This document shows positions 17,781 to 27,551 of a DNA stretch of 54,437 bases, one piece after another. The translations under genes were made by a program, and so were the position numbers. Numbering within the stretch: position 1 is the stretch's first letter; each line of letters starts with the position of its first letter. The stretch comes from an uncultured Puniceicoccaceae bacterium (lineage in GTDB: Bacteria; Verrucomicrobiota; Verrucomicrobiia; Opitutales; Oceanipulchritudinaceae), in NCBI GenBank assembly GCA_964533835.1, contig CAZHQD010000001.1:1-54437 (forward strand). The letters are read 5' to 3'. A model generated the notes under the pieces. It had not been told where the DNA came from, searched no databases, and saw only the letters and a program-made list of their open reading frames with translations.

Positions 17781-20700
17781 ATGTCTATCCATGTCGCCCT
17801 AACTCACATCACTCACTACGATTATGACCGTCGGGTGTCTATGTCTCCACAGATCATACGGTTGCGTCCCGCCCCTCATTGTAGAACCAAGGTCATCAGT
17901 TATTCGCAAATCGTTACACCGAAAGAGCACTTCATAAACTGGCAGCAAGACCCCTTCGGTAACTATCTTGCCCGTGTAGTTTTTCCCGAGAAGACCACGT
18001 CCTTTCAAGTTGAGGTTCGCTTGGTCGCGGAAATGGCGGTTTATAACCCATTCGATTTTTTTCTCGAACCTTCTGCCGACAAATTTCCTTTCACTTACGA
18101 AGAATCACTTAAAAAAGAGTTGCAGCCTTACTTGGAGAATTCTTGGTCTTCTCCTCTCTTTGATCGCTTCCTGGATAGCGTGGAAAAAAAGCCCATGCAA
18201 ACAGTGGATTTCTTGGTGGCTTTAAACAATAAAATCAAAGAATCCGTCGGCTACATCATCAGGCTGGAGCCAGGTGTCCAGACCCCCGAGGAAACACTTG
18301 TTAAGGGCACTGGTTCCTGTCGCGATTCCGCTTGGTTGCTTGTAAATATAGCTCGCAGACTTGGCCTGGCTGCGCGTTTCGTTTCCGGCTACTTAATCCA
18401 ACTTACGCCCGACCAAAAGAGCCTGGATGGGCCCTCGGGCACGGAAAAAGATTTCACAGACCTTCACGCTTGGGCAGAGATTTACCTGCCAGGCGCAGGT
18501 TGGATTGGCTTCGATCCGACTTCAGGACTTGTGGCAGGGGAGGGGCACCTGCCTCTTGCGGCTACACCCATGCCTTCAGGCGCAGCTCCGATTACTGGCG
18601 CAGTAGATAAGTGCGAGGTCAGCTTCGCCCACCACATGGAAGTGCGCCGTCAATACGAGTCGCCCAGAGTCACAAAGCCCTATACTGAAGAAGAATGGGC
18701 AGAAATAAATTCCCTCGGTGCGGCGATTGATAACGAGCTTAATGCAAACGACGTTCGCCTAACTATGGGCGGCGAGCCCACTTTTGTTTCCATAGACGAT
18801 ATGGACGGTGCCGAGTGGAATGTGGGAGCCGTTGGTCCGCACAAGCGCAGGCTTTCCGAAATTTTGCTAAGAAGGCTTTTCAAGAAGTATGCCGCTGGGG
18901 GCGTTTTGCACTACGGGCAGGGCAAATGGTATCCGGGCGAGTCACTGCCACGCTGGGCATTCACCGCATACTGGCGAAAAGATGGGCAACCTGTCTGGCG
19001 TAATCCTGAGTTGCTGGGCTCGCTTGAAAAAGAGTACGATTTGGGCACCCAGGATGCTCACGACTTTACCTATGGTTTGGCAGAAACTCTGGGCGTAAAT
19101 ACCGAACACTTAATGCCCGCATACGAGGACGCATGGTATTATCTCTGGAAGGAGCGCAAACTGCCTGTCAATGTGGACCCCCTCGACTCCAAAGTGCGCG
19201 ACGAAGAGGAGCGCGTACGCTTGGCGCGCATTTTTGAAGCGGGCCTGGATACGCCTCGCGGTTTCGTCCTTCCCATTCAGCGTTGGCAAAGTCGCGCATG
19301 GGTAAGCGGACCGTGGCACCTCCGCCAAAACAGGCTTTACCTGATTCCCGGCGATTCTCCCGTCGGCTTGCGCTTGCCCATCGAATCCATCCCGTGGGTG
19401 CGCTCATTGGATTATCCCTATATCAATCAGCCCGATCCCACCCTCAGGCAGTCCGCTTTGGGCAATGTGGATGAAATATACCAGCAGTACTTTTTGCGTG
19501 CCTCACGTTACGCCGAAGAACTCCGCCAGCGCAGGCGCGCAGCTGGAGACTACGGTCCCAACCAACAGGAAATCGCCGAACTCCCCGACAACGCCCGCCA
19601 GCCGAATAAAGGCGAATCCGCAGGCTGGGTGCTTCGCACAGCACTTTGCGTAGAGCCTCGCAATGGCCGCCTCCATGTCTTCCTTCCACCACTTGCCACT
19701 ACGGAAGATTTCCTTGATCTTATCTCAGCTATAGAGGCCACTGCCGAGCGCTTGGGTATGCCCGTTATTCTCGAAGGCGAGATCCCACCCGCAGATCCGC
19801 GCATTGGCAGCTTCAAGCTCACCCCAGACCCTGGTGTTATCGAGGTAAATATCCATCCATCCACCTCATGGGGTGAGTTGGTGGATAAGACCGAAACCTT
19901 GTATGAAGAGGCTCGGCAATCCCGCTTGGGTACCGAGAAATTCATGATTGATGGGCGTCACGTCGGTACTGGTGGCGGCAATCACCTTGTCCTCGGTGCC
20001 GCACATCCCAGCGACAGCCCGTTTTTGCGCAGGCCCGACCTCCTTCGCAGCCTCATTGCCTACTGGAACAATCATCCTTCGCTCTCCTATCTTTTCAGCG
20101 GCTTATTTATCGGTCCTACCAGTCAAGCTCCTCGCGTGGACGAGGCTCGTTTGGACTCTCTCTACGAAATAGAAATCGCTTTCAACGAGATGGATCGGCA
20201 ACTGAATACCTTTGGCAGCTTCCCTCCGTGGCTCGTGGATCGGCTATTCAGAAATCTGCTCACTGATGTCACGGGAAATACCCATCGCGCTGAGTTTTGC
20301 ATAGATAAGCTCTACAGTCCCGATAGCTCAACTGGCAGGCTTGGTCTTTTGGAATTGCGTTCGTTTGAGATGCCTCCCCATTCACGCATGAGTCTGGCCC
20401 AGCAGCTTCTGCTTCGGGGCCTAATATGTCTCTTTTGGAAAAAGCCTTACTACCCAAACCGCTTGGCTCGTTGGGGTAACGACTTACACGACAGATTCCT
20501 CCTTCCGCACTTTGTCTGGCAAGACTTCCGTGATGTCCTGGGTGACTTGCGGGCTGGAGGTTTTCCTTTCAAGGATAGTTGGTTTGCGCCTCACTATGAA
20601 TTTCGTTTCCCCCGCTATGGCGATATTCAGTTCCGTGATGTCCACTTGGAGCTTAGGTGCGCGCTTGAGCCTTGGCTGGTTCTTGGGGAAGAGGGCGCCG

Positions 20701-21167
20701 CCAGTGGCACAGTTCGCTATGTGGATTCCTCCGTGGAGCGTATGCAGGTAAAGGTATCTGGTATGAATGGCGACCGCTATCGGGTCACTGTGGGCGGGCG
20801 CTCTTTGCCACTTGGCAATACTGGCGTCGCTGGTGAATCCGTTTGCGGTCTGCGTTATCGGGCGTGGCAACCGCCCTCCTGTTTGCATCCTACCATGGGT
20901 GTGCATACTCCGCTCGTTTTCAATCTGGTGGATACGTGGAGCCAGCTTTCAGTCGCGGGCTGCACGTATCATGTAGCGCACCCTGGAGGGCGTAATTATG
21001 CCACGTTCCCCGTAAATGCCTACGAGGCAGAGAGTCGGCGTCTCGCCCGTTTTGTCCCCCATGGCTTCACGGAAACAAAAGCCCACCATGTGCCCCCTAT
21101 GGAATTGAATCCCGAGTTCCCATGGACGCTCGACCTGCGTTCACAACCCTTCACGCACCGCCCCTAG
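17781..21167 (+). CDS. large transglutaminase-like protein (Bact_transglu_N + transglutaminase core + long DUF2126-like C-terminal region)
   Basis: 1128-aa ORF. Cys/His/Asp set: GTGSCRDSAWLL..., DLHAWAEIY, GFDPTSG. The C-terminal ~800 aa contain no motif I recognise. Confidence 0.8.
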   Translation: MSIHVALTHITHYDYDRRVSMSPQIIRLRPAPHCRTKVISYSQIVTPKEHFINWQQDPFGNYLARVVFPEKTTSFQVEVRLVAEMAVYNPFDFFLEPSADKFPFTYEESLKKELQPYLENSWSSPLFDRFLDSVEKKPMQTVDFLVALNNKIKESVGYIIRLEPGVQTPEETLVKGTGSCRDSAWLLVNIARRLGLAARFVSGYLIQLTPDQKSLDGPSGTEKDFTDLHAWAEIYLPGAGWIGFDPTSGLVAGEGHLPLAATPMPSGAAPITGAVDKCEVSFAHHMEVRRQYESPRVTKPYTEEEWAEINSLGAAIDNELNANDVRLTMGGEPTFVSIDDMDGAEWNVGAVGPHKRRLSEILLRRLFKKYAAGGVLHYGQGKWYPGESLPRWAFTAYWRKDGQPVWRNPELLGSLEKEYDLGTQDAHDFTYGLAETLGVNTEHLMPAYEDAWYYLWKERKLPVNVDPLDSKVRDEEERVRLARIFEAGLDTPRGFVLPIQRWQSRAWVSGPWHLRQNRLYLIPGDSPVGLRLPIESIPWVRSLDYPYINQPDPTLRQSALGNVDEIYQQYFLRASRYAEELRQRRRAAGDYGPNQQEIAELPDNARQPNKGESAGWVLRTALCVEPRNGRLHVFLPPLATTEDFLDLISAIEATAERLGMPVILEGEIPPADPRIGSFKLTPDPGVIEVNIHPSTSWGELVDKTETLYEEARQSRLGTEKFMIDGRHVGTGGGNHLVLGAAHPSDSPFLRRPDLLRSLIAYWNNHPSLSYLFSGLFIGPTSQAPRVDEARLDSLYEIEIAFNEMDRQLNTFGSFPPWLVDRLFRNLLTDVTGNTHRAEFCIDKLYSPDSSTGRLGLLELRSFEMPPHSRMSLAQQLLLRGLICLFWKKPYYPNRLARWGNDLHDRFLLPHFVWQDFRDVLGDLRAGGFPFKDSWFAPHYEFRFPRYGDIQFRDVHLELRCALEPWLVLGEEGAASGTVRYVDSSVERMQVKVSGMNGDRYRVTVGGRSLPLGNTGVAGESVCGLRYRAWQPPSCLHPTMGVHTPLVFNLVDTWSQLSVAGCTYHVAHPGGRNYATFPVNAYEAESRRLARFVPHGFTETKAHHVPPMELNPEFPWTLDLRSQPFTHRP

Positions 21168-21223
21168 AATCCGTAAACATTAGCGTGCTTCTATTTTAGT
21201 TTTGGGCATACTTGTAGGCATTC

Positions 21224-23821
21224 TTGTTTGTTTCGCCACTCGCTATGCAGCTTACCTTTCAATCCATAGATATGCTCCTTGCAGGCCGCTACCAGCCGCC
21301 CGCAGGGTTTCGTGATGAATTGGTGGATAAAGCTGGAAACATACGCCCTTACTGGCTCCCCATCATTGATAAGATGGCAGGGCTCGGTATTCATGAGCTG
21401 CGCCGAAGAGAGGAGCAGCTCAATCGCATCATTCGTGAGCACGGTGTCACCTTCAATATCTATGGGCAGGCGGATGGAAAAGACCGCCCATGGGTGATGG
21501 ATCTGCTCCCTACTGTTGTTCCCTACGAGGAGTGGAAATGGCTTGAGGAATCCCTGCGCCAGAGGGTCACGCTAATCAATTCCCTCTTGGCGGATATCTA
21601 TGGTGAGCGTCGCCTCCTTAAATCAGGTGCCATACCCCAAGAGCTTCTTTTTGCTAACCCCGAATACCTGCGCCCGTGTGTGGGTTGGTCACCCGTCAAC
21701 GGGCACCACGTCCATATTTATGCCGCTGATTTGGCCCGCTCCCCGGATGGGCACTGGTGGGTTTTAAGCGACCGCCTGGAATCTCCCTCTGGCATGGGCT
21801 ATTCCCATGAAAACCGCTTGCTTACGCGCAGGCTCTTGGGCGATCTATTTCGGACCACTCGGGTGCAGCCATTGCAGCCTTTTTTTGATAAGCTCCAATC
21901 CTCTTTCTCGCACCTTGCTCCGTGGGCCGATGGCGATCCCAAAGTTGTCTACCTTACTCCTGGTCCGGCAAATGAGACCTATTTTGAGCAATCTTATCTT
22001 TCCCGCAATCTTGGTTACCCTATCGTCCAAGGGGCCGACCTAATGGTCTGGAACAACCGCGTCTACCTAAAAACGCTGGGTGGGTCGCAACCTGTTGATG
22101 TCATTATTCGCAGAGTAGATTCGGCCTATTGTGATCCACTCGATTTCAGGGCGGATTCTTTGCTGGGAGTTCCGGGTCTTGTGGAGGCGGCACGTGCGGG
22201 CAATGTGGCGTTGGCCAATGCCTTGGGAACGGGTATCCTTGAGGCAACTGCGTGGCTGGCATTTTACCCGGCTCTTTGCCAAACGGTACTGGGAGAGTCC
22301 CTTAAGATTCCCTCTGTGGCCACTTGGTGGTGTGGCCAGGAGAGCGAGCGTAAATATGTTCTGGAGCACTTGGACGACTTGATAATCAAACCTGCATTTA
22401 GGACGGCTCCTTTCCAGGCGCGCTGGGGCGGAGAATTATCAAAGGAGGACAAGGATGATTTGCGGCAACGCATACTGGCGCAGCCCGCATTTTACTGTGC
22501 TCAGGAGCTAGTCAATAAATCAACAACCCCTGTCTTGGAAGATGCTGGCTTAATCCCGCGCCATTTCCTTACAAGGGTATATCTCGTGCGTGGGCACGAT
22601 GGGTATTTTTTGATGCCTGGTGGCCTGACTCGGATCGCATCCAATAATCACCCGCTTACGGTTTCCATGCAGCGAGGTGGGCAAAGTAAAGATACTTGGA
22701 TTTTGCAACCGCCCACAGCCCGTGTGGACGATCTTCCTCCAATCCCCGGGACTGTCACTATGGCCATTCGGCGTGCTCGCACAGATGTGCCTAGTCGTGT
22801 GGCTGACAATCTCTTCTGGTTTGGTCGTTATCTGGAGCGTTGCGACGCTCAAGCCAGGCTCATTCGAGTATTGATAAATGCGCTCACTGAAGAGAGTGAA
22901 GAGCGTTTGATCGATTTGTTGCCCATGTTTGCCATGCTTCAGGATTGGGATGTTGTCCGAAAGCAAATTAAGAGCAAAACCTTCGATATGGCATTGGCAG
23001 ACAGCGCATTGGGGAAAGGGCTATGGGATGCAGGCTTTGTTTCAAGTGTCACTGCAACCGCAGAGGGCCTGCATCGTTGTGCCTTTGCTATTAAGGATCG
23101 GCTTTCTCTTGACCTCTGGCAGACCCTCACTCGACTTCGCGAAGTCGTGCAGCAAAAGGATTTTGACTCCACGGCTGATTCAAAGAAACACAGCGTGCTG
23201 GAGGACTCCGTATTCGGCCAGCTTAGTGAGACGCTAAATCTCTTGGCTGCCGCCAGTGGCCTTGCCACGGAGAATATGACCCGCGGACAGGGCTGGGTCT
23301 TTCTAGATCTTGGAAGGCGTATCGAGCGTGGCCTTTCGCTTTGTGATCTTTTGCAAACAGGCATGGCTTTTGGGCCACTCAAGTCTGAGAGCCTTTTGCA
23401 AAAATATGTTGTGTGGGCTGATAGTATTTTGACTTACAGGCGCCGTTATCTGGCTGTCGTGCAAATTCTGCCCGCTCTGGATTTGCTCTTGCTAGATCCA
23501 GCCAATCCCCGCGCTCTTTCGTTCCAAACCTCAAGGATTCTTCAACACACTGCGCGTCTGCCCTATGTGCGCACAGAGGGGATATCTCCTCAAGAATTGG
23601 CAGAAGCCATTCATAGCCGGATTGGAGTTACCGATCTCGCTAAGGGCCCCCCCTTGGATACCAAAGTAGGCATGGAATTTGTAAGCAGCTTTTTGGATTT
23701 CGCTGGTGGTCAGTTGCGATTGCTTTCGGAGCGCTTCTCGCAAATTTATTTTGCTCAAGGGGCTGGGGCCATGCCCATGGGTATCCATAATGAGCAACAT
23801 ACTGCTGAGGATGTCGTCTAG
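21224..23821 (+). CDS. circularly permuted ATP-grasp :: alpha-E domain fusion protein
   Basis: 865-aa ORF (TTG start in the track; the first ATG is at 21245). ATP-grasp block VTLINSLLADIYGERRLLKSGAIP and alpha-E box NLFWFGRYLERCDA. Confidence 0.8.
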   Translation: MFVSPLAMQLTFQSIDMLLAGRYQPPAGFRDELVDKAGNIRPYWLPIIDKMAGLGIHELRRREEQLNRIIREHGVTFNIYGQADGKDRPWVMDLLPTVVPYEEWKWLEESLRQRVTLINSLLADIYGERRLLKSGAIPQELLFANPEYLRPCVGWSPVNGHHVHIYAADLARSPDGHWWVLSDRLESPSGMGYSHENRLLTRRLLGDLFRTTRVQPLQPFFDKLQSSFSHLAPWADGDPKVVYLTPGPANETYFEQSYLSRNLGYPIVQGADLMVWNNRVYLKTLGGSQPVDVIIRRVDSAYCDPLDFRADSLLGVPGLVEAARAGNVALANALGTGILEATAWLAFYPALCQTVLGESLKIPSVATWWCGQESERKYVLEHLDDLIIKPAFRTAPFQARWGGELSKEDKDDLRQRILAQPAFYCAQELVNKSTTPVLEDAGLIPRHFLTRVYLVRGHDGYFLMPGGLTRIASNNHPLTVSMQRGGQSKDTWILQPPTARVDDLPPIPGTVTMAIRRARTDVPSRVADNLFWFGRYLERCDAQARLIRVLINALTEESEERLIDLLPMFAMLQDWDVVRKQIKSKTFDMALADSALGKGLWDAGFVSSVTATAEGLHRCAFAIKDRLSLDLWQTLTRLREVVQQKDFDSTADSKKHSVLEDSVFGQLSETLNLLAAASGLATENMTRGQGWVFLDLGRRIERGLSLCDLLQTGMAFGPLKSESLLQKYVVWADSILTYRRRYLAVVQILPALDLLLLDPANPRALSFQTSRILQHTARLPYVRTEGISPQELAEAIHSRIGVTDLAKGPPLDTKVGMEFVSSFLDFAGGQLRLLSERFSQIYFAQGAGAMPMGIHNEQHTAEDVV

Positions 23822-23823
23822 CT

Positions 23824-24705
23824 ATGCCGAGTTACCATGTTTGCCATAACACAATAATCAGCTACGGCGCCCCTGTCTCCGTAGCGTGGCACAGTGCGCA
23901 CCTAAAGCCGCGCGAGTTTGCATGGCAGAAGATTTCCGACTACTCCCTCGTTGTTTCCCCGGATAAAAACCTATTCAGCGAAAAAATCGATTACTTTGGA
24001 AACTGGAGCCAGCGCTTTTCAATCGGAGTTGGGCATTCTGAGCTTAAAATAATCTCTTCTTTCAAAGTCTTAGTAGAAAGGGATGCTCCACTGAATGCAG
24101 AATACCAGTTTAAAGAACTCAAATCCTGGCTTAGGGCACAGGATAGCGGTGCTGCCAATTTCATCGAATTTACTCATCCATCCACGCACGTTGATACGGA
24201 TTCTAGCTTCGGCGCTTTGGCGGCTCCTTTTTTTGAGCCAGACAAACCTCTCATTGAATCATTATCCGAGTTCTGTGTCTTTCTTCATGAAGAGCTTACC
24301 TTCGATCCGGAAGCTACTGATATTTCTACTCCTGTTACCAAGGTCCTGGAGCTCAAACGCGGAGTGTGCCAGGATTTTGCCCACTTGGGCATCGCTTGCC
24401 TGCGCTCTATAGGCATCCCTGCCGCTTATGTAAGCGGGTATTTGCTTACCAATCCTCCTCCCGGGCAGCCTCGTCTTGTCGGAGCAGATGCCTCTCATGC
24501 CTGGCTCGCTGTTCCCTTGCCGAATGGGGATTGGGTAGAGCTTGACCCTACAAATGGTTGCTTGCCTACAGATAGGCATATTGTCTTGGCCAGAGGCAGA
24601 GACTACAGCGATGTCAGCCCGCTCAAGGGCGCAGTGATTGGTGGTGGTTCGCAGGCGGTCAAAGTCGAAGTTACTGTAATGCCTGAGGACGAGATTGCGC
24701 TGTAG
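23824..24705 (+). CDS. transglutaminase-like cysteine peptidase family protein (Bact_transglu_N + core)
   Basis: 293-aa ORF starting 2 nt after the previous stop. Catalytic set: GVCQDFAHLGIACLRSIGIPAAYVSGYL, ASHAWLAV, ELDPTNG. Confidence 0.85.
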   Translation: MPSYHVCHNTIISYGAPVSVAWHSAHLKPREFAWQKISDYSLVVSPDKNLFSEKIDYFGNWSQRFSIGVGHSELKIISSFKVLVERDAPLNAEYQFKELKSWLRAQDSGAANFIEFTHPSTHVDTDSSFGALAAPFFEPDKPLIESLSEFCVFLHEELTFDPEATDISTPVTKVLELKRGVCQDFAHLGIACLRSIGIPAAYVSGYLLTNPPPGQPRLVGADASHAWLAVPLPNGDWVELDPTNGCLPTDRHIVLARGRDYSDVSPLKGAVIGGGSQAVKVEVTVMPEDEIAL

Positions 24706-24891
24706 CAGGGGGCGTTTTTCCCACGTTTTGGTGCGGCTCCTTGATACCGCCAAAAAACAAAGGCTTGCCAAGTGGCTTGCGTTTTGTCGTAGCTGTGCGT
24801 TCCTGTAGGGGTATCTGTTTGAGGGCTCCTTGTCCTTATTAGGTTCCTTTGGGTATTATATAATCATGTATATAAGCGACACTGTGCAGCT

Positions 24892-27423
24892 ATGAAGTCC
24901 CTCATTATCGCCGAAAAACCAAGTGTGGCGCGTGACATCGCAGGCGCCATAGGCCGCCTTAAAAAAACTGAAGATTGGTTCGAGAACGACCAATACATCA
25001 TTTCAAGCGCGGTCGGGCACCTCGTCGAATTGCAGATGCCCGAAGATATTGACGCCAAACTCAAGTTTTGGCGCATGGAGTCCCTGCCCATTATCCCCAA
25101 AAAGTTTGGTCTCAAGCCCATAGACAAAACTAAAGCAAAGTTCCAGGAGCTCAAAAAGCTCCTGCAGCGCGAGGATGTCGGCGAAGTCATTAATGCTTGC
25201 GACGCAGGGCGCGAGGGCGAGTTGATCTTTACTTATATTTACGAGCTTGCTCATTGCAAGAAACCCATTCGGCGTCTTTGGATGCAGAGCATGACTGCCC
25301 AAGGCATCCGTGAAGCATTCAATCGGATGCGTGATGGTGAAGAGCTTCTCCCGCTCCGTGAGGCTGCCCGCTCTCGCTCTGAAGCCGATTGGCTCATCGG
25401 CATCAATGGCACCCGCGCCATTACCACCCGTATGCTAGGCTCCCGCAGGGGCCAGGTTGCCAGTGTAGGGCGTGTGCAGACCCCCACGCTAGCTCTGGTT
25501 GTCGAGCGCGAACGCCAAATCCGCAATTTCATCCCCCGCACTTATTGGCGTCTAGTCGGCGATTTCGAGGTTGCCAACGGCCAGTATCAAGGCGCCTACC
25601 AAAAACCTGGAAAAGGCAAAGCAGACGACCAAGACAAACAGGATCGCATCTGGGAAGAAGCAGAGGCTCGCCGCATCCTTCAGGAGTGCCGCCAATCCAA
25701 AAAGGCGCTTGTCTCGGAGGAAAAGAAGCGCGTTCCTCAGATCGCACCCCGCCTCTACGACCTTACCACTTTGCAACGCGAGGCTAACAATCGCTTCGGG
25801 TTGCCCGCAGAAGCCACTCTCAGGATAGCCCAAGCGCTTTACGAAAAGCACAAGGCCATTACTTATCCCAGAACGGATTCACGCGCCTTGCCCGAGGATT
25901 ACATCCCTACTTGCAAGCAAACGCTTGGCGCTCTGGTCCAGCCTTTTCCTATCGCCCAAAAAGCATTGGATAATGATTGGGTCCGCCCCAACAAGCGAAT
26001 CTTCAATAACAAGGAAGTCAGCGATCACTTTGCCATCATTCCCACGGGCCAAGAGAATTCCAAATTTTCTCCCGACGAGGAAAAGATATACGATATGATT
26101 GCGCGCCGTTTTATTGCGGTATTTTTCCCCAGCGCAGAGTTCGATGAAACCACTCGTCTTACTAAGATCGCCGATCACGCATTCAAGACCACGGGCAAGG
26201 TTCTGGTGAATCCGGGGTGGCTCGATGTCTATGGCCGCACGGGCATGAAAGAAGAAACTTTGCCCGCCCTCAGCCCACAAGATGGCCAGCCTCCCCAAGC
26301 AGATGTAATCAATCTGGACCTTCTTGAAGAGGCCACTAAGCCGCCGCCTCGTTATACCGAAGCAACCCTTCTTTCCGCTATGGAAGGTGCGGGCAAGCTG
26401 GTTGAAGACGAAGAGCTTGCGGCTGCCATGAAAGAAAAAGGTCTCGGCACTCCCGCGACCCGCGCCGCTACGATTGAGGGCCTCATTTATACGCAGTATT
26501 TACAGCGTGATCGCCGTGATCTCATCCCGACTGCCAAGGCAGAAAGCTTGATTGATTTTCTTACTGCCCTCAAGGCCGAGGCTCTTACTAGCCCCGCGCT
26601 CACTGGCGAGTGGGAGCATCGCCTCCGTATGATTGAGAACCGCCAACTCTCCAGGCAGGATTTCATGAAGGGAATCGCTGAAGTAACCAGCGATTTGGTA
26701 AATAACGCCCGCAACTTTAAAGAATCCAGCGAAGACGCCCAGCCTACAGACATTCTCTCGCCAACAGACGGGCAACCGCTCCTCGAAAATTTCCGCTCCT
26801 ATAAGTCTCAGGACGGCCTGGTTACAATCTACAAAAATATTGGCAATCGTTTGCTCGCTCCCGATGAAGTTAAGCAGCTCCTCACTGCTAAGCGTATCGG
26901 TCCTCTTGATGGGTTTCGCTCTAAACTCGGCAAGCCCTATTCGGCCATGCTTGAGCTGGATGCCGATTACAAAGTGAAATTTGTTTTCGACAATTCTGGC
27001 AGGGGCGGTGATTCCTCGGCGGAAGGTGGCGAAGGGCAGGGCGCTCCCTCGAATCTCGATATTTCTACGCTTCGCGTGATTGGCAATTCCCCTATCGACG
27101 GCACCCCTGTCTATGAGACTCCCAGTGCCTACATGTGCGAAAAAGCCATCAAGGGCGATAAAGGAGGCTTTCGTCTTGGTCGCCAAATGCTCGGGAAAAT
27201 TCTGGTTCCCGAAGAAGTGGAGAAATTGCTCAAGGACAAGCGCACGGGCGTCATTGAGGGCTTTAAATCGAAGCGCACAGGTAAATTCTTCTCGGCAATC
27301 CTAACCTTGAAGGAGGGTGGAAAAATCGGGTTTGAGTTTCCTCCGCGTGCCCCAAAAGAGGGGAAAACTACCAAAGGCAAAAAAGGCAAGGTGGTCACTA
27401 ATACCGATGCAGAGGTAAACTAA
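24892..27423 (+). CDS. topB: DNA topoisomerase III (type IA) with two C-terminal topoisomerase repeats and a Lys-rich tail
   Basis: 843-aa ORF. TOPRIM N-terminus MKSLIIAEKPSVARDIA, an ITYPRTDS active-site Tyr block, and two similar ~70-aa C-terminal repeats (…GFRSKLGKPYSAMLELD… / …GFKSKRTGKFFSAILTL…). Confidence 0.9.
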   Translation: MKSLIIAEKPSVARDIAGAIGRLKKTEDWFENDQYIISSAVGHLVELQMPEDIDAKLKFWRMESLPIIPKKFGLKPIDKTKAKFQELKKLLQREDVGEVINACDAGREGELIFTYIYELAHCKKPIRRLWMQSMTAQGIREAFNRMRDGEELLPLREAARSRSEADWLIGINGTRAITTRMLGSRRGQVASVGRVQTPTLALVVERERQIRNFIPRTYWRLVGDFEVANGQYQGAYQKPGKGKADDQDKQDRIWEEAEARRILQECRQSKKALVSEEKKRVPQIAPRLYDLTTLQREANNRFGLPAEATLRIAQALYEKHKAITYPRTDSRALPEDYIPTCKQTLGALVQPFPIAQKALDNDWVRPNKRIFNNKEVSDHFAIIPTGQENSKFSPDEEKIYDMIARRFIAVFFPSAEFDETTRLTKIADHAFKTTGKVLVNPGWLDVYGRTGMKEETLPALSPQDGQPPQADVINLDLLEEATKPPPRYTEATLLSAMEGAGKLVEDEELAAAMKEKGLGTPATRAATIEGLIYTQYLQRDRRDLIPTAKAESLIDFLTALKAEALTSPALTGEWEHRLRMIENRQLSRQDFMKGIAEVTSDLVNNARNFKESSEDAQPTDILSPTDGQPLLENFRSYKSQDGLVTIYKNIGNRLLAPDEVKQLLTAKRIGPLDGFRSKLGKPYSAMLELDADYKVKFVFDNSGRGGDSSAEGGEGQGAPSNLDISTLRVIGNSPIDGTPVYETPSAYMCEKAIKGDKGGFRLGRQMLGKILVPEEVEKLLKDKRTGVIEGFKSKRTGKFFSAILTLKEGGKIGFEFPPRAPKEGKTTKGKKGKVVTNTDAEVN

Positions 27424-27551
27424 TCGGCAACTTTGGCTCTTCATTTCTGTCTTTCTGTGTGTATCTTGGCTTCAGCCCAGCCTAACCTGGCTCTTCTCAC
27501 CAGTGGCTGGACGCTAATATTCTTCCATCTTTTTCGTCTCTCCATAGCCAA

